Shown: piece by piece, positions 1 through 10,515 of the stretch | Layout of the letters: each line of letters begins with the position of its first letter | Numbering within the stretch: the first letter of the stretch is position 1 | Assembly: GCF_900105015.1 (NCBI RefSeq) | Contig: NZ_FNLK01000002.1 | Coordinates: forward strand, 1 to 29,333 | From: Schaalia meyeri | Lineage (GTDB): Bacteria; Actinomycetota; Actinomycetes; Actinomycetales; Actinomycetaceae | DNA length: 29,333 bases | Reading direction: 5' to 3' | The notes under the pieces: model-generated | The model's input: the letters and a program-made list of their open reading frames with translations, nothing else | What the model was told of the DNA's origin: nothing | Database searches by the model: none | Made by a program: the position numbers and the translations under genes

Positions 1-822
<822 letters not shown>

Positions 823-854
823 TCACGCAAGCTGTGAGTGAATGCTCACACGAG

Positions 855-1457
855 TTAGTGCGCACCGCCCCTGGTCGTTCCTCCCTGCAGCGGGGCCTGG
901 CCGCCCTGTTTGTTACCCGCGACCGCGTCGCCGAACAGGGGGGTCGAGGCCGCCTGCGCGCCCCCTTGCGAGGGCTGCGCGAAGCGCGGATTGACGCGCA
1001 CGTTGGCAGCCTCACGGGCCTCGGTCATGGTCTGGTTGAGGCGCTCAACGACCGACGGATCCGACTTAGCCAGCTGATTCAGCGCCTGAGTGAGGAGGAT
1101 CGACTTGACGGTCGCGCGCGTCGCGGGGCCGAGCGTGAGGGGGGTGATCCCCTGGCTCTGTGCCACGCGCTCGTTGATCTGATCGATCTGTTCGTCGGTG
1201 ACGACGGTTCCCACCGACGCGCCCGCGGCCTCCAGGATCGGCTCGTTGATGAGCTGGGCACGGATCTGTTCGCCGGTGATCTGCGACTGTGCGCCCGCCA
1301 GGACACTCAACTGCCGGACCGCCTCGGCGACCTCTTCGTTGCTGTAGGACGCCGTGGAGGTGACGACAGCGGCGCCGGGGTGAGCGGAGCAAGCCCCCAT
1401 GCCCAGTGCTGCGGCCGCGAGAACGACGGCGGCAACCAGCTGACGTGTGTAGCGCAC
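855..1457 (-). CDS. Secreted lipoprotein of unknown function (Ala/Gln-rich, possibly chaperone-like)
   Basis: A hydrophobic signal peptide ends in the lipobox LGMGAC. The GTG start at 1457 sits 6 nt after GAGGAAGGA. The TAA stop is at 855. No catalytic motif was recognised. Confidence 0.7.
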   Translation of the reverse strand: MRYTRQLVAAVVLAAAALGMGACSAHPGAAVVTSTASYSNEEVAEAVRQLSVLAGAQSQITGEQIRAQLINEPILEAAGASVGTVVTDEQIDQINERVAQSQGITPLTLGPATRATVKSILLTQALNQLAKSDPSVVERLNQTMTEAREAANVRVNPRFAQPSQGGAQAASTPLFGDAVAGNKQGGQAPLQGGTTRGGAH

Positions 1458-1517
1458 GAGTATTCCTTCCTCAGATGTGTTGCGACGCAATGACTCCAGT
1501 GTATTCCACCACAGGCG

Positions 1518-4500
1518 CTACTCGCCAAAAGGTACGAGAATCTTCGTCACCAGCGTCTCCACCCACTCCAGGAGCGGGCCGTCGGTGAGCGGGCTCCCGC
1601 CCACGCGCGAGGTGAGCGGGAGGGGCACCAGCACCTGGCGGAGAGCCGCCTTGATGACGGTGCCCGGGTGCAGTCGCTTGAGGCGCATGACCTGGGAATC
1701 ACGCAGCTGGACGGGAGAGACGCGCAGGTACTTCCCCTGGGTGACCACCTCGGTGATCCCGGCGCGGCGCACGACCTCGCGCAGCCGGGCGAGGGAAAAG
1801 AGCAGGTCAACCTGGGCGGGGATGGGGCCATAGCGATCGATCAGTTCCTCCCGCACATCCGCCTCCTGCTCGAGGGTGGTGATGGCCGCGATCTTGGCGT
1901 AGACCTCCAGACGCAATCGCTCCCCTTGCACGTAGTCCTCGGGGATGTGGGCGTCAACCTGGAGGTCCATGCGCACGTCGGTCTTTTCGGCGGGCGCCTC
2001 GCCCCTGTAGGCCGCCACCGCGTCGGAGACCATTCGCACGTACAGGTCGAAGCCAACACCCTCAACGTGCCCGGACTGGGCGCCTCCCAACAGGTTGCCT
2101 GCGCCACGGATCTCCAGGTCGCGCTGGGCAACCGCCAGTCCAGCTCCCAGTTCGGTGTTTGCCGCGATGGTCTTGAGCCGCTCGTGTGCGGTTTCGGTCA
2201 GCGCCTTGTCGCCAGGGTAAAAGAAGTACGCGTAGGCTCGCTCGCGGCCTCGCCCGACGCGCCCGCGCAACTGGTGAAGCTGGGACAGGCCATAGGTATC
2301 GGCACGGTCGACGATGAGCGTATTCGCGTTGGAGATGTCCAGCCCGGTTTCGACGATGGTCGTGCACACGAGGACGTCGAACTCGTGATTCCAAAAGTCC
2401 TGAATGACGGCCTCAAGCTGGTGCTCATTCATCCTGCCGTGGGCGGTGCGCACACGGGCCTCGGGGACCAGCTCACCGATGCCCGCGGCGATTGAGGCGA
2501 TGGAGTCGACGCGGTTGTGCACGTAAAAGACCTGGCCGTCGCGCAGCAGCTCGCGCCGGATAGCGGCGCTGACCTGCGCGTCGGTGTAGGCGCCGACGAA
2601 GGTCAGGACCGGCTGGCGTTCCTCGGGCGGTGTTTGCAGGATGGACATTTCGCGGATGCCGGAGATGGCCATCTCGAGCGTGCGCGGGATCGGGGTGGCC
2701 GACATGGAAAGGACGTCCACGTCGGTGCGCAGGGCCTTCAGGGTTTCCTTGTGCTCGACGCCGAATCGCTGTTCCTCATCGATGATGACCAGGCCGAGTT
2801 TCTTAAAGGAGACGGTTCCGGTCAGCAGGGAGTGCGTGCCGATGACGAGGTCGACCTCGCCCGAGGCCAGCCCCGCTTTCACCTCCTCGGTTTCCTGACG
2901 GGTCGAAAAGCGAGAGAGGGTCCCGATACGAACGGGGAATCCGGCGTAGCGTTCCGCGAATGTTTCAGCGTGCTGGGTGACGAGCAGGGTCGTGGGGACG
3001 AGGACGGCGGCCTGGTAGCCATCCTGGATGGCTTTGAACGCTGCGCGCACGGCGATTTCCGTCTTGCCATATCCGACGTCGCCGGTGAGCAGGCGGTCCA
3101 TGGGGACGGGCTTTTCCATGTCGGCTTTGACCTCGTCGATGGTGACCAGCTGGTCGGGGGTTTCGACGTAGGGGAAGGCGTCCTCGAGTTCGCGTTGCCA
3201 GGGCGTGTCCGGGCCAAAGGCGTGCCCCTTGGTTTGTTGGCGCACGGCGTACAGTCGAATGAGCTCTTTGGCGACTTCGCCCACGGCCTTCTTCGCGCGG
3301 GCCTTGGCTTTCGCCCAGTCGGCCCCGCCCATCTTCGTCAGTGAGGGCTCGTCGCTTCCCGTGTATTTGGAGATTTGATCCAGGGCGTCGGTGGGCACGA
3401 AGAGGCGGTCGGCTGGCTGTCCACGCTTGGAGGGCGCGTATGCGATGACCAGGTAGTCGCGCGTGGAGCGGGCCTGGTCGCGCCCGATCGAGCGTGACAC
3501 CAGTTCGACGAATCGCCCGATGCCGTGTTGATCGTGGACGATGTAGTCCCCGGGGTGCAATGTCAACGGGTCGACGCCTTTACGCCTGCGTGAGGGCATG
3601 CGCCGCATGTCGCGCGTGGATGCCCCGGCCCGCCCGGTGAGGTCGCCTTCTGTGAGAACGGCGATCTTCAGGTGGGGTGCCACGAATCCGACGCCGGCCT
3701 GCGCGGTCGTGATCGTAACCAGGCCGGCCTCGGGCCGCGCGTCTATGTTGTCCGCGAGCGCTGCGGGGCACGAGGCGTCGGTGAGGATGGACCGGATGCG
3801 TCGGCCCGGGCCGGGGCCTTCGGTGGTGACGACGATGCGCCAGCCGTCTCGGGCGAAGTCGATCAGGTCGCTCGTGGCGCGGGCGAAGTCCCCCCGGTAG
3901 GGGCGGACGTCGCGCGCGCCGACGCGCACGAGGGTGGGGGAGACGACCAGGGGGCTCGGCCCCTCCTCTGCCGGTTGCCCGCCCTCGGCCTCGTTGACGG
4001 CGGCAGCCAGGTCGGCTGGCGGCAGGTCGGTGATTTCCCACCAGGGTCGCGTGCCGCTTCCCCACAGGTCCCCCAGGTCGAGGAAGGACGCCCTGGAGGC
4101 CTCAAGGGGTGTGTCTGCGCCACCGGCGGCGGCGCTCCAGGCGGCGGTCAGGAACTCTTCGGTGGTGGCAACCAGGTCGGCTGCCCGGGCGCGGATGCGC
4201 TCGGGGTCGGAGGCGAGGATCGGGGAGGCCGCGGGCAGGAGGTCAAGCAGCGATTCCATGCCTCCCACGAGGATGGGAGCCAGGGATTCGATGCCGGGTG
4301 CGGCGATTCCTTCGGCGGCGAGGGAGAGCATTTCGGCGGCGCCGGGCAACCGGTCGGCCGCCTCGCGGGCACGGGCGCGTACGGCCTGGGTCAGCAGCAG
4401 CTCGCGGCAGGGAACGGCCCACAGTCCTTCTTCTGCTTCCCCGAGGGTGCGCTGATCAGAGACGGAGAACGCGCGGATGTCTTCTACCTCGTCGCCCCAG

Positions 4501-5102
4501 AGTTCGACGCGCAGGGGGTGGGGCTCCTGCGGCGGGAAGACGTCCAGGATGCCGCCGCGCACGCTCATGTGGCCTCGTCCCTCGACCATGTCGACGCGCT
4601 CGTATCCCAGTTCGGCAAGGCGGTTGGCGGTGTCGGTGAGGTCGAGAATGTCCCCGGTGCGCACGCGCACGGGTTCGAGGTCGGCCAGCCCGGCGATGAT
4701 CGGCTGGAGGAAGGCGCGGATGGGGACGACCAGGACCGAGAGGGGGCCGGCGCTCTCGTCTCCGGCGATGGGGTGGACGAGGCGGCGTAGGACGGCGATA
4801 CGTCTGGCCATGGTGTCAACCTGGGGCGAGAGGCGCTCGTGTGGGAGAGTCTCCCATGCGGGCAGCATGGCGACACCCGGTATCCACGAGGCCAGGGCGT
4901 TGGTCAGCGATTCTGCGTCGCGTCCGGTGGCGGTCAGGACGACCAGGGGCGCGGCCGCTCGGGATGCGAGGCGCGCCAGGAGGGGCGGACGGATGCCGAC
5001 GGGGGCGACAATCGTGCCCGAACGGCCGGCTTCGACGGAGTCGGAGGCCGTCTCGATTGCCGGGTCGGTGGAAATGTCCGGGAGGAGTCCGGTGAGTAAC
5101 AC
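1518..5102 (-). CDS. mfd: Transcription-repair coupling factor
   Basis: The 1194-aa ORF has an RNAP-interaction/CarD-like block (VHDQHGIGRF). SF2 helicase motifs are present: GDVGYGKTEIA (Walker A) and IIDEEQRFG (DEAD-like). A C-terminal TRCF domain follows. The start is GTG at 5102. Confidence 0.97.
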   Translation of the reverse strand: MLLTGLLPDISTDPAIETASDSVEAGRSGTIVAPVGIRPPLLARLASRAAAPLVVLTATGRDAESLTNALASWIPGVAMLPAWETLPHERLSPQVDTMARRIAVLRRLVHPIAGDESAGPLSVLVVPIRAFLQPIIAGLADLEPVRVRTGDILDLTDTANRLAELGYERVDMVEGRGHMSVRGGILDVFPPQEPHPLRVELWGDEVEDIRAFSVSDQRTLGEAEEGLWAVPCRELLLTQAVRARAREAADRLPGAAEMLSLAAEGIAAPGIESLAPILVGGMESLLDLLPAASPILASDPERIRARAADLVATTEEFLTAAWSAAAGGADTPLEASRASFLDLGDLWGSGTRPWWEITDLPPADLAAAVNEAEGGQPAEEGPSPLVVSPTLVRVGARDVRPYRGDFARATSDLIDFARDGWRIVVTTEGPGPGRRIRSILTDASCPAALADNIDARPEAGLVTITTAQAGVGFVAPHLKIAVLTEGDLTGRAGASTRDMRRMPSRRRKGVDPLTLHPGDYIVHDQHGIGRFVELVSRSIGRDQARSTRDYLVIAYAPSKRGQPADRLFVPTDALDQISKYTGSDEPSLTKMGGADWAKAKARAKKAVGEVAKELIRLYAVRQQTKGHAFGPDTPWQRELEDAFPYVETPDQLVTIDEVKADMEKPVPMDRLLTGDVGYGKTEIAVRAAFKAIQDGYQAAVLVPTTLLVTQHAETFAERYAGFPVRIGTLSRFSTRQETEEVKAGLASGEVDLVIGTHSLLTGTVSFKKLGLVIIDEEQRFGVEHKETLKALRTDVDVLSMSATPIPRTLEMAISGIREMSILQTPPEERQPVLTFVGAYTDAQVSAAIRRELLRDGQVFYVHNRVDSIASIAAGIGELVPEARVRTAHGRMNEHQLEAVIQDFWNHEFDVLVCTTIVETGLDISNANTLIVDRADTYGLSQLHQLRGRVGRGRERAYAYFFYPGDKALTETAHERLKTIAANTELGAGLAVAQRDLEIRGAGNLLGGAQSGHVEGVGFDLYVRMVSDAVAAYRGEAPAEKTDVRMDLQVDAHIPEDYVQGERLRLEVYAKIAAITTLEQEADVREELIDRYGPIPAQVDLLFSLARLREVVRRAGITEVVTQGKYLRVSPVQLRDSQVMRLKRLHPGTVIKAALRQVLVPLPLTSRVGGSPLTDGPLLEWVETLVTKILVPFGE

Positions 5103-5156
5103 TCGCTGCCTTTCGCGGTGTGGATGGGGGCGGGTGCCGCCTTCGACGCGGCCCCG

Positions 5157-5759
5157 CTAGGACCCGGTGTGTAGGTCCTGCTGGGTGGGGGCAAATCCCC
5201 TGTTGACGATGTCTTCAACCACGTCGGCGGCTCGTTCGAAGGTGACATCCCAGTCGGGTCGGTCCTTGGCAGGCAGGGCGGCCAGAACGTAGTCGGCGGG
5301 GTCCATGCGCCCCGGGGGGCGCCCGACACCGATACGCAGGCGCGCGTAGTCGCGCGTGCCCAGGTGGGAGCTGAGGGATTTCAGGCCGTTGTGGCCGCCC
5401 TCTCCCCCGCCGGTCTTGAGACGCAGCGCGTGTGCGGGCAAGTCCATGTCGTCGTGGATGACGAGGATGCGAGCCGGGGGGATCGTCAGGAAGGAGGCGA
5501 GCTTACCGATGGGGCCGCCGGACGTGTTCATGTAGCTGTCGGAGCGCGCCAGAACCACCCTGGGGCCCGGCACGCCACCAGGGCCCACGCCCAGGCGCAC
5601 GTCTGCGGTGTGTGTGCGCGACCGGTGCGACCTCAGGGTCGCTCCGGCGCGCGAGGCGAGGACGTCGAGGGTCAGGTACCCCGCGTTGTGTCGGGTGGAT
5701 GCGTATTGCGCGCCGGGGTTACCTAACCCGACGATGAGCCACGGTCCGTCAGTCGTCAT
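5157..5759 (-). CDS. pth: Peptidyl-tRNA hydrolase
   Basis: From the ATG at 5759 the translation reads MTTDGPWLIVGLGNPGAQYASTRHNAGY...HDDMDLP...LKTGGGEGGHNGLKS, which are the Pth signatures. The upstream 122 codons of the ORF-track entry are Pro/Arg/Ser-rich and overlap the SGNH gene, so they are not coding. Confidence 0.93.
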   Translation of the reverse strand: MTTDGPWLIVGLGNPGAQYASTRHNAGYLTLDVLASRAGATLRSHRSRTHTADVRLGVGPGGVPGPRVVLARSDSYMNTSGGPIGKLASFLTIPPARILVIHDDMDLPAHALRLKTGGGEGGHNGLKSLSSHLGTRDYARLRIGVGRPPGRMDPADYVLAALPAKDRPDWDVTFERAADVVEDIVNRGFAPTQQDLHTGS

Positions 5760-6612
5760 ACTCCGATTGTGCCACCCGTGCCGAGAGCATGTCCCAGCGG
5801 GGGGCGTCTTCGACGACGGGGACTGCCTCACGCCGGGACATGGCCCACGCGTCGGCAAAGAGCTGGGCCCACTTGGCGTAGGCCGCCGAGTTGGGGTGGA
5901 AAAAGTCCGCCGCGTGGTAGGCGAAGGTGTACGTGGGCAGGGAGTATTCCTGCGTGAGGGAGCGCAAGTCGACCAGGCACGCGTCGGTGTGAGCGACGGC
6001 GGCGCCGATGCGGTCGGACATGCTCTGTGCGCGTCGTTCCTGGGGCATGATGCCAAAGGAGGGGATCGTCGAGACCAGCGTGTCGGCTGGCAGGGCGTCC
6101 AGGACGCGGCGTAGGCGCTGCTCAAACTGGCCCGGAGCCATGTCTTCAGTCATGACGTCGTTTCCTCCGACGGTCAGGGTCACCAGGTCGGGGGCGTGCG
6201 CTCCGCCGATGAGGCCCAGGCCGCGCATCTGCGGGATCTGGGTGAGCTCAACGGATTCGATGGTGGCTCCGGACAGGGAGAGGTTGAGCAGCAGGACCTC
6301 GCGGTCGATCTGGGAGGCGATCGCCGAGGCCAGGCGCGCCGGGTAGGACTCGGTGATGCGCGACGCGCCCATGCCCTGCACGGAGGAGTCCCCCAGGGCC
6401 ACGATCAGGTAGGGGGCTTCGCCCTCGGGGTGTTCGTCAAGCTGACGCAGGCGGTCGAGGGTGGCCAGGTTGTGGTTCTCCCACGCCTTGCGATAGTCGC
6501 CTCGCTGGGAGTCCAGCCGCAGGAGACGCCCGATGGCCAGGCCGCCGCCGAAGAGGCTCGCGCCACCCGCCGCGGCGCCCGCTACCTGCCACGCGCGCTT
6601 GCTGATCCCCAT
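5749..6612 (-). CDS. Membrane-anchored SGNH/GDSL-family hydrolase
   Basis: There is an N-terminal hydrophobic anchor. The SGNH blocks are ALGDSSVQG (GDS), TVGGNDV (GGND) and DFFHPN (DxxH). The ATG at 6612 follows GGAAGGA. The stop overlaps the pth start by 11 nt. Confidence 0.85.
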   Translation of the reverse strand: MGISKRAWQVAGAAAGGASLFGGGLAIGRLLRLDSQRGDYRKAWENHNLATLDRLRQLDEHPEGEAPYLIVALGDSSVQGMGASRITESYPARLASAIASQIDREVLLLNLSLSGATIESVELTQIPQMRGLGLIGGAHAPDLVTLTVGGNDVMTEDMAPGQFEQRLRRVLDALPADTLVSTIPSFGIMPQERRAQSMSDRIGAAVAHTDACLVDLRSLTQEYSLPTYTFAYHAADFFHPNSAAYAKWAQLFADAWAMSRREAVPVVEDAPRWDMLSARVAQSEYDD

Positions 6613-6713
6613 TGAAGTGTCCTTCCCTCGTGTTTGCTGCCGTCCTAGTGTAGCGAGGCCGGAACCGGTACTTCAAACGATGAAGCACCTGCCCCGGCCC
6701 TATTTCGCTCGGG

Positions 6714-7961
6714 TCAGCCCAGGTATCCGGCGGGCGCGCTCGGCAGTGCCCGAATGAAGTGAGGGGTCTCCCAGCCGCGCTCCGCGTAGGCACGGGCGAC
6801 GGCAAGCGCGACATCCGGGGTCGCGTCCGCGTCAACCAGCGCGATCGCGCTGCCGCCGAACCCGCCGCCCGTCATGCGGGCCCCGTGCGCGCCCGCGGAT
6901 CGGGCGGCCGCGACCGCCACGTCCAGCTCGGGGCAGCTCACCTCGTAGTCGTCGCGCAGCGATTCGTGCGAATCGTCCATGAGCGCACCCGCGACCTTCA
7001 GACGGGTCCCCTCCAGGGGGCCCTCCACGAGGAGGTCAATGAACGCGCGCGTGCGCGCGATCTCCGATACGACGTGCCGCGTACGCGCGGCCAGGCGCTC
7101 ATCGTTCAGGGCGGCCACGGCCTGGGCCAGGTCGGCCACCTCCACGAGCTGATCGACGCCGAGGATCCTGGCCGATTCCTCGCAGTCCGCGCGGCGCGCC
7201 CCGTACTGGCCGTCCGCCAGCGAGTGCTTGGCGCGCGTGTCGATGACCAGGAGCTCAAGCCCGACGGCGCCAAGGTCGAAGGGAACCTGGCGCGTCGACA
7301 TGTCGGAGCAGTCCAGGGCCAGAGCGTGTCCCTCCCGGCAGCGCATCGAGGCGGTCTGGTCCAGGCCTCCCGTGTTGGCACCGGCGATCTGGTTCTCGGC
7401 GACGCGCGCGGCGTCAACGAGGACGCGACGCCCCTCATCGTTCGGTGCCTCGATCGATCCGGCGAGGCCCAGGGAACACACCTCGTCAAGGGCGACGGCC
7501 GTCGCGCACTCCAGCGCGGCGCTTGACGACAGCCCTCCCCCCAGCGGCACGCACGACCACAGGGCGGCGTCGAATCCGGGCAGCGGGCCGTATCCCGCGC
7601 GCTCCAGCGCCCACGGCACGCCAGCAAGGTAAGCGGTCCAGTGGTTGGCAACCTCCCCGGGCCCGCCCTTGGGGCCCAGAGCGTCCAGATCGAGGACATC
7701 TATCGCCTCGCGCGTTTGGGGAGAAATCAGGCGGATCGTCCGGTCCTGGCGGGGAGAGAGGGCGACGTACGCGCGATGCGGCAACGCGATCGGCACGCAC
7801 GGCCCACCGTTGTAGTCCACGTGCTCGCCGATGATGTTGACCCTCCCGGGCGCGCTCCACACGCCACGAGGTTCATAGTTAAACGTTTCACGAAAAAGGT
7901 TCGTTGCCTGCGCGCCCCCCTCTTCCGGGGTGGCCGCGTCGGCCCACACGAGAGCGTTCAA
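6714..7961 (-). CDS. galK: Galactokinase
   Basis: The galactokinase signature GRVNIIGEHVDYNGG is present, along with the GHMP ATP loop PLGGGLSSSAA and ARMTGGGFGGS. The start is TTG at 7961, 5 nt after GGAGG. Confidence 0.93.
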   Translation of the reverse strand: MNALVWADAATPEEGGAQATNLFRETFNYEPRGVWSAPGRVNIIGEHVDYNGGPCVPIALPHRAYVALSPRQDRTIRLISPQTREAIDVLDLDALGPKGGPGEVANHWTAYLAGVPWALERAGYGPLPGFDAALWSCVPLGGGLSSSAALECATAVALDEVCSLGLAGSIEAPNDEGRRVLVDAARVAENQIAGANTGGLDQTASMRCREGHALALDCSDMSTRQVPFDLGAVGLELLVIDTRAKHSLADGQYGARRADCEESARILGVDQLVEVADLAQAVAALNDERLAARTRHVVSEIARTRAFIDLLVEGPLEGTRLKVAGALMDDSHESLRDDYEVSCPELDVAVAAARSAGAHGARMTGGGFGGSAIALVDADATPDVALAVARAYAERGWETPHFIRALPSAPAGYLG

Positions 7962-8082
7962 AGGATCCTCCTTGCTTCTACCCCACTAGGCTACGTGAAC
8001 GCCCTCACATTCTTCAAGCCGGAGTCCCGGGCCAACGTACCGGTACAGTGGAGCCACCCCGTACGCGACACAGGCAGGCCCC

Positions 8083-8631
8083 ATGTTCCTCCCCCAACGA
8101 CTCCCCGGCCAGGAATGGCTCGGCGTCGTCGTCGCGATCCCCGAACCCTGGGTCACCCGGCTGACCGACCTGCGACTGCGCCTCGGTGACCTCGCCGGAT
8201 CCCGCATCCCCGCTCACATCACCCTCATGCCGCCCACCCCCGTCGCCCGCGACGCGCGCCCCGCGGTCATCGATCACCTGCGCTCAATCGCAACCCGGCA
8301 CTCGCCCTTCCGAATCACCCTGTCCGGCACCGGCTCCTTCCGCCCCGTCTCGGACGTCGCCTTCATGACGCTATCCGAAGGGGCCGCGGACTGCGTGGAC
8401 CTGGCAGAAGAGATTCGTTCGGGGCCGCTCGACCACGACACGCGTTTCCCCTACCACCCGCACGTGACCCTCGCCCAAGACGTCGACGACGTCACGCTGG
8501 ACCTGGCCCTCGACATCGGGACCACCATCGAGGCCTCGTGGATCGTCCCCGGATTCCGCCTCGACCGGATCGACCCGTCCGGCATCTACTCCTCCATGGC
8601 GCTCTTCGACTTCGACGTGAGCGCTCGCTAG
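8083..8631 (+). CDS. 2H phosphoesterase / 2'-5' RNA ligase family protein
   Basis: Two HxT motifs (AHITLMP and HPHVTLAQ) occur at the spacing typical of LigT-like 2H enzymes. The exact start is uncertain because the SD is weak. Confidence 0.75.
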   Translation: MFLPQRLPGQEWLGVVVAIPEPWVTRLTDLRLRLGDLAGSRIPAHITLMPPTPVARDARPAVIDHLRSIATRHSPFRITLSGTGSFRPVSDVAFMTLSEGAADCVDLAEEIRSGPLDHDTRFPYHPHVTLAQDVDDVTLDLALDIGTTIEASWIVPGFRLDRIDPSGIYSSMALFDFDVSAR

Positions 8632-8655
8632 GCGGACGCGCCGCGCGGTGTCGGC

Positions 8656-9483
8656 TCAGATTTCGTAAGTCACCGACACCGGCGCGTGATCGGAGAAACG
8701 AGCGTCGTACTCGGCGGCTCGTCCAATCTCGAACGACCGCGCGCGCTCCCCCAGCTGCGGCGTCGCGTACTGGTAATCAATGCGCCAGCCGGCGTTGTTG
8801 ACGAACGCCTGACCGCGCCACGACCACCACGAATACGGACCCTGCACCCGTCCGGCGAGGTCGCGCACGGTGTCGCGCCACCCCTCATCCACCCACCGGT
8901 TAAGGAATGCGATCTCTTCGTCCAGCACGCCAGCGCGCTTGTTGTGATTCGGCGTCCAGTTCTTGATGTCGGCCCGCGAGCGCACCACGTTGAAGTCGCC
9001 GCACACCAGCGACGAGATTCCCCCCGCGGATTCCTGGGCGATCAGCTCCGCCATGCGTGCGCCGATGCGAGGCAGGTGCGCCATCTTGGCATCCTGCTTC
9101 GGCGTGTCTTTCTCTCCCGAATGGAAGTAGGCGGAAACCACCCGCAGGGCAGTGTCGCCGCCCTCGCGGCGCACGGTGGCCTCCAGCCAGCGGCCCGAAT
9201 CGACGTCGCTCTCCGCGTCGTCCAGGACGAGGCGGGGCTTCCCCTCGAAGAGGACGCTGCCCCGCCGCACGGCCACGCCCACGCCCGCGCGCCCCTTGAT
9301 CCGGCAGGGAACCCACACGCTGTCCCATCCCTCGCCCATGATGTCTCGGGAACACTCCTTGGGTGCGCGCACCTCCTGCATCAGCAACACGTCCGTATCG
9401 CTGGTTTCCAACCACGAAAGAAAGCCGCGCCTGTGTGCGGCGCGGATGCCGTTGAGGTTCACGGTAGTTACCGTCAGAGTCAT
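8656..9483 (-). CDS. xth: Exodeoxyribonuclease III (EEP-fold AP endonuclease)
   Basis: The translation reads MTLTVTTVNLNGIR...LLMQEV...GDFNV...WSWRG...RIDY...SDHAPVSV. The ATG at 9483 follows GGAGAAG. Confidence 0.92.
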   Translation of the reverse strand: MTLTVTTVNLNGIRAAHRRGFLSWLETSDTDVLLMQEVRAPKECSRDIMGEGWDSVWVPCRIKGRAGVGVAVRRGSVLFEGKPRLVLDDAESDVDSGRWLEATVRREGGDTALRVVSAYFHSGEKDTPKQDAKMAHLPRIGARMAELIAQESAGGISSLVCGDFNVVRSRADIKNWTPNHNKRAGVLDEEIAFLNRWVDEGWRDTVRDLAGRVQGPYSWWSWRGQAFVNNAGWRIDYQYATPQLGERARSFEIGRAAEYDARFSDHAPVSVTYEI

Positions 9484-9606
9484 TGCTTCTCCTTATGCGA
9501 GCCTGTTTCCAGTGTAAAGAACGCGCGGGAATGGCGACGAACGCCTGTCCTCGCCGCTCACCCGCGCGAGCGAGAGCCAACGCTGGGCTGGTGAGACAGT
9601 CGGTGC

Positions 9607-10515
9607 CTAGCGGACGCTCAGGCCCGCCTGGCGCTCCGCCGCCTCGACAACGTTTGTGACCAGCAGGGCTCGCGTCATCGGCCCAACGCCACCGGGGTTC
9701 GGGCTGAGCCAGGCGGCCACCTCATCCACCCCGTCCGCGACGTCGCCCAACAGGCGCGCCCTACCCTGCTCGTCCCGCACGCGGCTGACACCCACGTCCA
9801 GGACGACCGCACCGGGAGCCACCATCCGGGGGGTAATGATTCCGGCGCACCCCGCGGCGGCGACAACGACGTCCGCTCGGCTCACGTGATCAGCGAGGTC
9901 GATGGTACCCGTGTGGCACACATCGACCGTCGCGTTCACCTCTTTGCGCATGAGCATCAAGCCGATCGAACGGCCCACCGTCACGCCGCGGCCAACGACG
10001 CACACGTTCTTACCCGCGAGGTTGATCCCATGGCGCTCGACGAGCTCGATCACCGCGCGAGGCGTGCACGGCAGCGGCGAGTCGATCGGACCGGAACCGC
10101 GCAACACGAGTCGACCGAGGTTCATCGGATGCAAGCCGTCGGCGTCCTTCGCCGGGTCGATGCGTTCCAGGACCGCATTCGTGTCGATCCCGCGCGGCAG
10201 CGGCAGCTGCACGATGTACCCCGTGCACGCAGGGTCCGCGTTCAAGCGGTCAATCGCCGCTTCGACCCGATCCTGCGTGGCGTGCGCGGGCAGGTCCACG
10301 CGGATGGACTGCGCGCCGATCTGCGAGCAGTCGCGGTGCTTTCCGGCGACGTAGGCCACGGACCCGGGATCCTCGCCCACCAGGATCGTCCCCAGCCCCG
10401 GAACGACGCCGACTGCACGCAGACGATCGACGCGCTCCTTCAGTTCCGCCTTCATGGCGGCCGCCGTCGCCTTACCATCAAGGACCCGTGCGGGCCCCTC
10501 CCAGGGTGACCTCAC
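9607..10515 (-). CDS. folD: Bifunctional methylenetetrahydrofolate dehydrogenase / methenyl-THF cyclohydrolase
   Basis: The translation reads LDGKATA...[21 protein letters not shown]...GYIVQLPLP...[13 protein letters not shown]. The GTG start overlaps the glyA stop (GTGA at 10512-10515). Confidence 0.93.
   Translation of the reverse strand: MRSPWEGPARVLDGKATAAAMKAELKERVDRLRAVGVVPGLGTILVGEDPGSVAYVAGKHRDCSQIGAQSIRVDLPAHATQDRVEAAIDRLNADPACTGYIVQLPLPRGIDTNAVLERIDPAKDADGLHPMNLGRLVLRGSGPIDSPLPCTPRAVIELVERHGINLAGKNVCVVGRGVTVGRSIGLMLMRKEVNATVDVCHTGTIDLADHVSRADVVVAAAGCAGIITPRMVAPGAVVLDVGVSRVRDEQGRARLLGDVADGVDEVAAWLSPNPGGVGPMTRALLVTNVVEAAERQAGLSVR

Noticed and set aside
833-850. The palindrome TGTGAG-TGAATG-CTCACA, 5 nt past the lipoprotein stop and about 160 nt upstream of eno, as a CRP/GlxR-type site.
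   Set aside because: Read as TGTGA-N8-TCACA, the spacing is wrong for the TGTGA-N6-TCACA consensus. It is equally well explained as a short post-stop hairpin. A single occurrence gives too little evidence.
5760-6125. A 122-codon N-terminal extension of the pth ORF in the track (start at 6125).
   Set aside because: The extension is Pro/Ser/Thr/Arg-rich and lies entirely inside the SGNH hydrolase gene in another frame. Pth homology begins exactly at the ATG at 5759 (MTTDGPWLIVGLGNPG).
6714-7961. galK without adjacent galT or galE as an anomaly, or as the sugar-activation gene of the glycan locus.
   Set aside because: Leloir genes are often dispersed, and galK lies 4 kb and several unrelated operons away from the locus. 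Nothing in the sequence links them.
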